IMG/VR virus record: IMGVR_UViG_3300030372_000355
Coordinates: 1 to 30,992 of that record
Length of the DNA stretch: 30,992 bases
Strand: one strand, 5' to 3'
From: a virus
Taxonomy: Duplodnaviria > Caudoviricetes
This document shows positions 24,808-30,992 of this stretch, one piece after another; within the stretch, counting starts at the first letter, position 1; each line of letters begins with the position of its first letter. Under the pieces are notes generated by a model. It saw only the letters and a program-made list of their open reading frames with translations, searched no databases and had not been told where the DNA came from. Position numbers and translations under genes: made by a program.

Positions 24808-25683
24808 ATGGCTTATATAGGTAATACACCAGCAGAAAGTTATGCAAGTTTTGAAAGACAAGTTTTTACTATTGTCAACTCTCAAACTGCATACACTTTA
24901 AATCATGCTGTAACTAATGAAAATGATATTAGGCTTGTAATTAATAATGTAATTCAAGAACCAGGATCAGGTAAAGCATATACTGCTAGTGGCACTACAC
25001 TAACACTTTCTGCTGCATTAGTTAATGGTACAGATGAAATGTACTGTGTTTATCTTGGTAGAGCTTTACAAACTGTAAATGCTCCAGATGGTTCTATTAG
25101 CAACTCACAAGTAGCACCTACAATAATTACTGGTCAAACTGCTGAAACTTCTATCGCAACAGATGACACAATATTAATCCATGACACATCAGCTAGTGCA
25201 TTAAAAAAAATGACTAGAGCAAACTTTGTATCTGGTATTGGTGGAAATAATCAACCATATTTTACAGCATATCAAACTGGTAATTATTCTCTGTCTCAAA
25301 ATACAGCAACAACGATAGTTTTAGGAAACACAACTGTAAATTCTGGAACTGATTATAATACTTCAAATGGAAGATTTACTCCAGAAGTCGCTGGAGATTA
25401 TTTTGTAACTGCAACTCATACTAATAGACATGGCTCAAGTGGTAATGCTGTAGTTTTATTTGAAAGTTATATTCAAAAAAATGGAAGTAATACAAATTTT
25501 AGAGCTAGTGCTGGAAATGAAACAACAAACACATTAGCTCAATCAGTTTCTACTATGGGAGGAATAATTACTATGAATGGCTCTAGTGATTATTTAACAT
25601 TATCAGTAACTCAGTATGATTATACTGCAAACGCAGCACAAAATATATGCGAAATTCAATTTTCAGCATTTAAAATAATATAG
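24808..25683 (+). CDS. Tail fibre/receptor-binding module with C1q-like C-terminus
   Basis: MAYIGNTP start and C-terminal PYFTAY...YNTSNGRFTPEVAGDYFV...MNGSSDYL...FSAFKII. Confidence 0.7.
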   Translation: MAYIGNTPAESYASFERQVFTIVNSQTAYTLNHAVTNENDIRLVINNVIQEPGSGKAYTASGTTLTLSAALVNGTDEMYCVYLGRALQTVNAPDGSISNSQVAPTIITGQTAETSIATDDTILIHDTSASALKKMTRANFVSGIGGNNQPYFTAYQTGNYSLSQNTATTIVLGNTTVNSGTDYNTSNGRFTPEVAGDYFVTATHTNRHGSSGNAVVLFESYIQKNGSNTNFRASAGNETTNTLAQSVSTMGGIITMNGSSDYLTLSVTQYDYTANAAQNICEIQFSAFKII

Positions 25684-25691
25684 GATAAATT

Positions 25692-26243
25692 ATGGCAATA
25701 GATAAAATACAAAGTGAGAGCATAAATTTAGCAGATAATTTTTCATTTACTGGAACTGTAACTGGTGCTGGTGGAACTATAGCAGAAATTAGTCAATACA
25801 GAATGGGTGGTACTACAATCGCTGTTGCAGCAACCACTAGAACATTATTAAATAATTCTTTTGCAGAAATTAATAAAATTGGAACTGGTATGACTTATAG
25901 CTCTGGAGTTTGGACATTTCCTTCTACTGGCATTTGGAGAATTGAACTTACTTTAACATTATTAGCTCAAAGTAATGGTGGAGATTGTAGATATGCTGGG
26001 CCAGAAATTCATATTACAACAGATGACAGTTCTTATACCAATAGAGCAAATGTTTATACTAATGCAAACTGGATTTCTTCAAATTGGTACATGGGTCAGC
26101 ATACTGATCTTATATTTGATGTTACAAACACATCAACTCATAAAGTTAAATTTTTTGCTTATAGTGCTGTTGAAACAGCTACAGAGCAATCAACAAATGC
26201 AAACAGAACTTGTGCGACATTTACAAGATTAGGCGACACATAA
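25692..26243 (+). CDS. Short tail fibre/receptor-binding module
   Basis: Contains GTGMTYSSGVWTFPSTG and ends in RLGDT; paralogous to the C-terminus of 26595-27410. Confidence 0.65.
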   Translation: MAIDKIQSESINLADNFSFTGTVTGAGGTIAEISQYRMGGTTIAVAATTRTLLNNSFAEINKIGTGMTYSSGVWTFPSTGIWRIELTLTLLAQSNGGDCRYAGPEIHITTDDSSYTNRANVYTNANWISSNWYMGQHTDLIFDVTNTSTHKVKFFAYSAVETATEQSTNANRTCATFTRLGDT

Positions 26244-26261
26244 AATTAAGGAGGTAAAACT

Positions 26262-26591
26262 ATGGCACAACTAAGTACAAAAATAAAATTATACTGCGAA
26301 GCTAATGGAGTTTCAAATGTAGATTTTATGAAAGATGTTATGTTGCAAGACGATAGTGATGGTAATGGTGCGTATATCAAAGAATGGAATTTAGATATTG
26401 CACAACCAACTGATGAGCAATTAGCATCTTATGAAACTGCTGCAAATACTGCTGAGAGTAATGCTCAAGTAGATGCAACAAGAAGAAGCCAATACGGAAG
26501 TTGGAATGAGCAGCTTGACGAGATTTTTCATTCAATAGACGATTGGAAAGCAAGAGTACAAACAATTAAAAATAATAATCCAAAGAGTTAA
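26262..26591 (+). CDS. Tail fibre assembly chaperone-like (XkdW-like) protein
   Basis: SD AAGGAGG. LQDDSDG.GAYIKEWNLDIAQPTDEQL and RR.QY.SW.EQLD motifs. Confidence 0.65.
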   Translation: MAQLSTKIKLYCEANGVSNVDFMKDVMLQDDSDGNGAYIKEWNLDIAQPTDEQLASYETAANTAESNAQVDATRRSQYGSWNEQLDEIFHSIDDWKARVQTIKNNNPKS

Positions 26592-26594
26592 TAA

Positions 26595-27410
26595 ATGGCA
26601 TATATAGGTAAACAACCGATTGCTGGAAATTTTCAAATGTGCGATGCAATAAGTGTCGTGAATGGCCAGGCTGCATACACAATGCAAGTAGGCGGAGTTA
26701 ATGTAGCTCCAGAGACAGCATTAAATACGATTGTGTCTTTGAACGGCACGATCCAGAAAGCAAATTCCAGCTATACTATAGCAAACTCAGTTATTACGTT
26801 TTCTAGCAACCTGGCTACTGGAGATGTAATTGACTTCATTTTAATTTTAGGAGATGTGCTTTCAATCGGCACACCTTCAGATGGAACTGTTACAACTGCT
26901 AAACTTGCAGACAGTTCTGTTACAAGTGCAAAATTATCTGGTGTAACTCAAGGTATTACAATGGCAGATCAATGGAGATTAACTTCTGGTGGAGTTTCAA
27001 GTAATGGAGATATTACAACAAATCTTGAAAGATGTAATACTAATATACAAGGAACACTTGGAACTGGAATGACAGAAAGCTCTGGTGTATTTACTTTTCC
27101 ATCAACAGGATTTTATCAAGTATTAGTAACTGCAACTTTTTCTGGTGCTAGTGAAAATGCTATGCAAATTTTAATTAAAGGAACAGCAAATAATAGTAGT
27201 TATGACACTCTTGCATTAATATATGATGGTCAAAGAAATTCCACAAGCACAACTGGAGGTAACTCTGGAAGTACAATAGTTGATATAACAGATACTAGCA
27301 CACATAAAATTAAATTTGCTGCTGGTTCTCTTTCATCTGGTTCAACTATAAATGGACATGATAGCGAAAACCAAACAACATTTTCATTTATTAGATTAGG
27401 AGATACATAA
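26595..27410 (+). CDS. Tail fibre/receptor-binding module
   Basis: MAYIGKQP start, PSDGTVTTAKLADSSVTSAKL linker, GTGMTESSGVFTFPSTG and an RLGDT end. Confidence 0.7.
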   Translation: MAYIGKQPIAGNFQMCDAISVVNGQAAYTMQVGGVNVAPETALNTIVSLNGTIQKANSSYTIANSVITFSSNLATGDVIDFILILGDVLSIGTPSDGTVTTAKLADSSVTSAKLSGVTQGITMADQWRLTSGGVSSNGDITTNLERCNTNIQGTLGTGMTESSGVFTFPSTGFYQVLVTATFSGASENAMQILIKGTANNSSYDTLALIYDGQRNSTSTTGGNSGSTIVDITDTSTHKIKFAAGSLSSGSTINGHDSENQTTFSFIRLGDT

Positions 27411-27411
27411 G

Positions 27412-27903
27412 ATGGCAATAATTAAACCAAACAATAATACATTATCAAGCATAACAGCTTTACCAACTGGTTTAGGTGGTAAGTTTTTGCAAATTCAAAC
27501 GAATACTCATGCTACAAGATTTACAACTTCATCAACAAGTTATGTTGCGGCTACTGGATATACTGTTGCGATCACTCCTTCAGCAACCAGCAGTAAAATT
27601 TTTGTAATCGTCAGTACATCGATGGATAACAAAGGAAGCGATAAAACTATTTACGCAACACTTTACAGAAGTATAAGTGGAGGAGCAACTACGCATATTA
27701 CGGATGATGCAGAAGGTGTCGCTGCCAACTATACTGATAGTGGCAGACAATATACTCCAGTTACACTACACACACTTGATAGTCCAAGCACCACTTCAGC
27801 AGTAACATATCAAGTTTATGTAAAATCTAATGGTAGCCATGATGTTACTTTTAACGATAAAGAAGGTAAGGCACAATTAACAGCGTTTGAAATAGCAGGA
27901 TAA
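27412..27903 (+). CDS. Short tail fibre/receptor-binding module
   Basis: GGKFLQI...ITPSATSSKIFV...LDSPSTTSAVTYQV...EIAG; Thr/Ser-rich beta protein. Confidence 0.65.
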   Translation: MAIIKPNNNTLSSITALPTGLGGKFLQIQTNTHATRFTTSSTSYVAATGYTVAITPSATSSKIFVIVSTSMDNKGSDKTIYATLYRSISGGATTHITDDAEGVAANYTDSGRQYTPVTLHTLDSPSTTSAVTYQVYVKSNGSHDVTFNDKEGKAQLTAFEIAG

Positions 27904-27907
27904 AATT

Positions 27908-28168
27908 ATGGAAAATACAGTTATGAAAGCAATATTATCAATTAATCCAAATGCAGAAGCATCTGTAAGTGGAAATGATATTAATACAGTTCAATGGCAC
28001 AATGGAACAACACCTATTTCTAAAGCTGACATAGAAGCTAAGATAGCAGAATTACCTACTGAAGAAGAAGAAATTACTGCAAGAAGAAATTTAAAAGCTA
28101 GTGCTAAAGCTAAACTAATAGCTGGAGAACCGCTAACTGAAGAAGAAGCTGACACTATAGTTTTATAA
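27908..28168 (+). CDS. Tail fibre chaperone-like small protein
   Basis: AILSINPNAE.SV.G.D...W.NGTTPI...KASAKAKL...LTEEEA pattern at the end of the fibre array. Confidence 0.6.
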   Translation: MENTVMKAILSINPNAEASVSGNDINTVQWHNGTTPISKADIEAKIAELPTEEEEITARRNLKASAKAKLIAGEPLTEEEADTIVL

Positions 28169-28201
28169 TTAATAACCACACAACCTGGCAAGACAAACAA
28201 T

Positions 28202-28432
28202 ATGACAAAGTTTATATTGATACTGTACTTATGTACTTCTGTATCTGGAACTCCAAAATGCAATCAAGAAGCTATAGTGGGTTTTGAATATATAGATTAT
28301 TCAACTTGCGTTATCCATGGTTATAGACACGCACACAATAATTTAATCCAAAACTATACAGTAGAAGAAGTGAATATGGATAAATTAGCAATAAGGTTTG
28401 AATGTAAAGAAATGACAACAGAGAATACATAA
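28202..28432 (+). CDS. Small Cys-containing hypothetical protein with hydrophobic N-terminus
   Basis: Starts MTKFILILYLC and has four Cys. Stop overlaps the next start (TAATG). Confidence 0.65.
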   Translation: MTKFILILYLCTSVSGTPKCNQEAIVGFEYIDYSTCVIHGYRHAHNNLIQNYTVEEVNMDKLAIRFECKEMTTENT

Positions 28433-28662
28433 TGAAAAAAAGAAAAGCGCAATCTAATATAGAAGATAGTAATGGTATAAGAATATCCTACCATGAAAAG
28501 GTTTGCGCTGAACGAATGAAAACTTTGTTTAAAGCAATCGATGAAATGCGAGGGGATATTAAAAGTTTAAAAGCCGATATGAATAGAGGAAAAGGAGCTG
28601 CTACAATAATAATACTAATAGGTGGTTTACTTGGCTCAATCCTCTACTACTTCACGAAATAG
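28432..28662 (+). CDS. Small coiled-coil protein with C-terminal TM helix (holin/antiholin-like)
   Basis: HEKVCAERM coiled coil followed by GAATIIILIGGLLGSILYYF; upstream of the lysozyme. Confidence 0.6.
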   Translation: MKKRKAQSNIEDSNGIRISYHEKVCAERMKTLFKAIDEMRGDIKSLKADMNRGKGAATIIILIGGLLGSILYYFTK

Positions 28663-28924
28663 AACTACAGCTGCTAAAGGTTTATCTAATGAACTATTAG
28701 CTGCTGCTGAATTTGCAAAGGATCCAAATCTAATAGTCTTTACCCCAATAGGCGCGGGGCCAATAGACATATTAGTTCTTAACATAAAGACGGGGGAGTA
28801 CACGGCTTATGATGTCAAAACGCAAAACTATCGCAAGAACGGCTACAAGATTACAAGAGCCAGAACTGGCGAGCAAAAACGATTAGGTGTCAAAATTCTT
28901 AATTTTGATCCAGAAAGTAAATGA
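28622..28924 (+). CDS. Small PD-(D/E)XK-type endonuclease-like protein
   Basis: G...ELLAA..F...GPIDILV...YDVKT motif. Start uncertain (GTG 28622 or TTG 28631). Confidence 0.6.
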   Translation: MVYLAQSSTTSRNRTTAAKGLSNELLAAAEFAKDPNLIVFTPIGAGPIDILVLNIKTGEYTAYDVKTQNYRKNGYKITRARTGEQKRLGVKILNFDPESK

Positions 28925-28927
28925 AGC

Positions 28928-29353
28928 ATGGAAGAAGTTAAACAAAGAGTTAAAGAACACGAAGGGTTTAGGGATACTGTGTATTCCGATAGCCTGGGTT
29001 TCGCTACAATTGGTTATGGCCATCTGGTTCTACCTACCGATAATTTTGTTGAAGGTGTGGCGTATCCTAAGGAGGAGCTTGAAGCTGTTTTCGACAATGA
29101 TTTTCAGATTGCTCTTACATCTGCTGAAGAACTTTTGGAAGAAATAGAAGTACCAGAAACTATTAAAGGTGTCATCTGTGAAATGTGTTTCCAACTTGGA
29201 AAACCAAGAGTAATGAAATTCAAAAAAATGTGGGAAGGTTTAGAGGCAGCTGATTATAATAAAGCAGCTGATGAAATGATCGACAGTAATTGGCATAAGC
29301 AAACTACTTCAAGATGTGAAAGCCTGGCGGAATTAGTTAGGAGCTGTGCATGA
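28928..29353 (+). CDS. Endolysin, T4-type lysozyme (GH24-like)
   Basis: HEGFRDTVYSDSLGFATIGYGH carries the E-x8-D-x5-T catalytic triad; also AADEMIDS.W..QT..R. Confidence 0.9.
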   Translation: MEEVKQRVKEHEGFRDTVYSDSLGFATIGYGHLVLPTDNFVEGVAYPKEELEAVFDNDFQIALTSAEELLEEIEVPETIKGVICEMCFQLGKPRVMKFKKMWEGLEAADYNKAADEMIDSNWHKQTTSRCESLAELVRSCA

Positions 29354-29718
29354 TCCAGTTATTAAGTTTATTAAAAAACCCAGTAACTAAAATGGTGTTC
29401 AATAAAGCAACTGAACACTTTAAACACAAAGCAGAAAAACAAAAAGTAATTAGAGCTGCTGAAATAGAGGCAGCTAAAGACGTAGATATAACTAGAATTA
29501 AAAGCCAGGATCAATCATACAAGGATGAGATATTAATGCTCTGGCTAATCGGGATGCTGACTACTGGTTGGTTTCCAGGTACTAGAGAAAACTTTAGAGA
29601 GTGGGTAGCAATCATAAATGATCTCCCAGATAGCGTATGGTACTTGGTTATCATCGTCTTTACAGCCAGCTTTGGTTCAAGAGTTTCTGACAAGTTGATG
29701 AACAGAAAGAAAAAATGA
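29350..29718 (+). CDS. Putative holin (3TM gene-transfer-release type)
   Basis: SYKDEILMLWL...LPDSVWYLVIIVFTASFG.R with hydrophobic helices; overlaps the lysozyme stop. Confidence 0.65.
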   Translation: MIQLLSLLKNPVTKMVFNKATEHFKHKAEKQKVIRAAEIEAAKDVDITRIKSQDQSYKDEILMLWLIGMLTTGWFPGTRENFREWVAIINDLPDSVWYLVIIVFTASFGSRVSDKLMNRKKK

Positions 29719-30215
29719 TTAATTCTAAAGAGGATGCCTTATCGCATTTTGCCGATTGGTATTTAAACTCTGGAGAAATTAGTAAAGTTTATACACCATT
29801 TAAAAATCCATTGTTATTTATAGAAGGTGTAAGTGGTATAGTTTTATATAGATCTAAACCATTCCAGGTTGAGCTTTTTATATGTCAACCTAATTTAGTT
29901 ATACCAGAGCATACTCATCCAGACGTAGATAGTTACGAATGCTTTTTATATGGCATGAAGTTTACACACTCTGGAGAAACAGTTTTAACAGAGGATCAAG
30001 CATTAGAAGAAAGTAATGGTTTTCCAGTTAATGCTTATCAAACAATCAGAGTTAAGCCTAACGATTTACATGGTGGAACCGCATCAAAATTTGGTGGCGC
30101 ATTTATATCAATTCAACATTGGTTAAATGACGTAGATCCAACTCACGTTAGTTCTAACTGGGATGGTAAATCAATGGGTAAAGAGCATTCAGAACAAGCA
30201 AAATTAAATGGCTAA
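29715..30215 (+). CDS. Cupin-fold hypothetical protein
   Basis: IPEHTHPDVDSYE...VKPNDLHG fits the cupin H-x-H-x(n)-E...H metal-binding motif. Confidence 0.65.
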   Translation: MINSKEDALSHFADWYLNSGEISKVYTPFKNPLLFIEGVSGIVLYRSKPFQVELFICQPNLVIPEHTHPDVDSYECFLYGMKFTHSGETVLTEDQALEESNGFPVNAYQTIRVKPNDLHGGTASKFGGAFISIQHWLNDVDPTHVSSNWDGKSMGKEHSEQAKLNG

Positions 30216-30342
30216 ACAAAAATTTACTCACTTTGTACCTAGAGATAAACCAAAGAAACGGCCAGGAGTTCATAAAAAAACTCAAAACAAAAGTGAAAAA
30301 AGACAAAGAAAGCAAACAAGATACAAGGGTGGTGGCAGATGA
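30208..30342 (+). CDS. 44-aa very basic peptide (not in ORF track)
   Basis: MAKQKFTHFVPRDKPKKRPGVHKKTQNKSEKRQRKQTRYKGGGR. Overlaps both neighbours and resembles the Y-[RK]-G-x-G-R-ending peptides of marine phages. Confidence 0.75.
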   Translation: MAKQKFTHFVPRDKPKKRPGVHKKTQNKSEKRQRKQTRYKGGGR

Positions 30343-30491
30343 AAATAATTTTTTTAAGTTTATTTTTTGCTGGATTACTACTGGGATCTTTCTATCTCGG
30401 TTATATTTTTGCAATAGATATATTTGAACTTGGATGTTTTAGAACAAGCGATGAAAAATTTTTTTTCGATAAATTTTTAAAAATTGAATAA
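30339..30491 (+). CDS. 50-aa membrane peptide (not in ORF track)
   Basis: ATGA overlap with the upstream stop. Translation MKIIFLSLFFAGLLLGSFYLGYIFAIDIFELGCFRTSDEKFFFDKFLKIE. Confidence 0.6.
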   Translation: MKIIFLSLFFAGLLLGSFYLGYIFAIDIFELGCFRTSDEKFFFDKFLKIE

Positions 30492-30500
30492 GGATAATAA

Positions 30501-30593
30501 ATGAAATTAATTAAAGGAGTAGCTTTCATATTAATAGGAATAGTATGGCTATCTCTTATCCTGGCTACAGCCGCTATTGCGGGAGTAATGTAA
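30501..30593 (+). CDS. 30-aa hydrophobic peptide (not in ORF track)
   Basis: SD AAGGA and translation MKLIKGVAFILIGIVWLSLILATAAIAGVM. TAATG overlap with the next gene. Confidence 0.6.
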   Translation: MKLIKGVAFILIGIVWLSLILATAAIAGVM

Positions 30594-30952
30594 TGAAAGT
30601 TTCTGAGAACTCAGTTATCAGCCTCCCAATTAGAAACCTTTTAGCTTTGTGCGCTGCAATCGCTATGGGAATTTTTGCTTATACAGAGATAACAGCCAGG
30701 CTAACTAGCCTGGAGACATCAAGAGAATTACATCAAGCAGATTTATTAAAAAAGTCTGAACAGCTACCAACAGATCAAGAACAATTTATGCTGCTAGAGC
30801 ATATTGCATCCCAGGTAGAAAGTATCCAGGAAGAAATGGAGCTTATGAGAAATAACAATGTCAACATAACTTACGCCATGAAAGATATAGAAAAAATAAA
30901 AGAACAATTAGAAGATCTTAAAGATAAAGTAAGAGCTAACGGGAGCCATTGA
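30593..30952 (+). CDS. N-terminal TM plus coiled-coil protein, possibly spanin-like (start revised to ATG 30593)
   Basis: SD GGGAG at 30581. LLALCAAIAMGIFAY TM segment followed by a long heptad region. Confidence 0.65.
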   Translation: MKVSENSVISLPIRNLLALCAAIAMGIFAYTEITARLTSLETSRELHQADLLKKSEQLPTDQEQFMLLEHIASQVESIQEEMELMRNNNVNITYAMKDIEKIKEQLEDLKDKVRANGSH

Positions 30953-30992
30953 TGAATAGAATTGCAAGGCAAATTTTAAAATATATTTCTGA
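30952..30992 (+). CDS. Start of next ORF, truncated by the window end
   Basis: TGATG overlap; MNRIARQILKYIS... stays open to the edge. Confidence 0.4.
   Translation, partial: MNRIARQILKYIS

Noticed and set aside
22755-28168. Diversity-generating retroelement or invertase shufflon acting on the tail fibres
   Set aside because: No reverse transcriptase, recombinase, adenine-specific TR/VR pair or inverted crossover sites were seen. The paralogy is mainly at protein level.
3047-30414. Most minus-strand ORFs in the track (e.g. 3047-3292, 3754-3963, 4278-4490, 5772-6224, 6466-6801, 9499-9702, 9984-10217, 15093-15290, 20564-20854, 22322-22597, 23777-23992, 24558-24782, 26377-26565, 27230-27418, 27991-28263, 29511-29693, 30154-30414)
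   Set aside because: They are antisense shadows of well-supported + strand genes, with F/L/S/I-rich composition and no promoter or SD that I could see. Only 19146-19394 has a consensus promoter and a matching composition shift on the + strand.
30233-30427. 64-aa ORF in the track
   Set aside because: Better explained by the coupled ORFs 30208-30342 and 30339-30491.
1-30992. Integrase/att site, DNA or RNA polymerase, tRNA genes
   Set aside because: No recognisable motifs or cloverleafs in the window. An integrase may lie beyond the left edge.

Overview
AT-rich, almost fully coding window that looks like most of a temperate, short-tailed (podovirus-type) phage or prophage genome. Gene order and protein types resemble HTVC010P-type pelagiphages or a related alphaproteobacterial phage; this is inferred, not searched. 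Left to right: a truncated leftward PD-(D/E)XK nuclease; a lambda-like switch (XRE repressor and divergent Cro, with shared 15-bp operators and an alphaproteobacterial LexA box); early, replication and regulator genes; terS/terL; portal, scaffold and major capsid; tail tubular A/B; GNAT-like and internal (ejection) virion proteins; a tail fibre followed by an array of modular fibre/chaperone genes; and a lysis region. No integrase, DNA polymerase, tRNA or CRISPR was seen. The most striking item is the internal virion protein gene at 17671-20124. It carries an inserted ADP-ribosyltransferase-like domain and a RelA/SpoT (small alarmone synthetase-like) domain. Between them lies a nested antisense 82-codon ORF (19394->19146) with its own perfect extended -10 promoter. 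Together these form a candidate virion-delivered effector with an embedded antisense immunity gene. Several small genes missing from the ORF track and two structured RNA elements around the capsid genes were also found.
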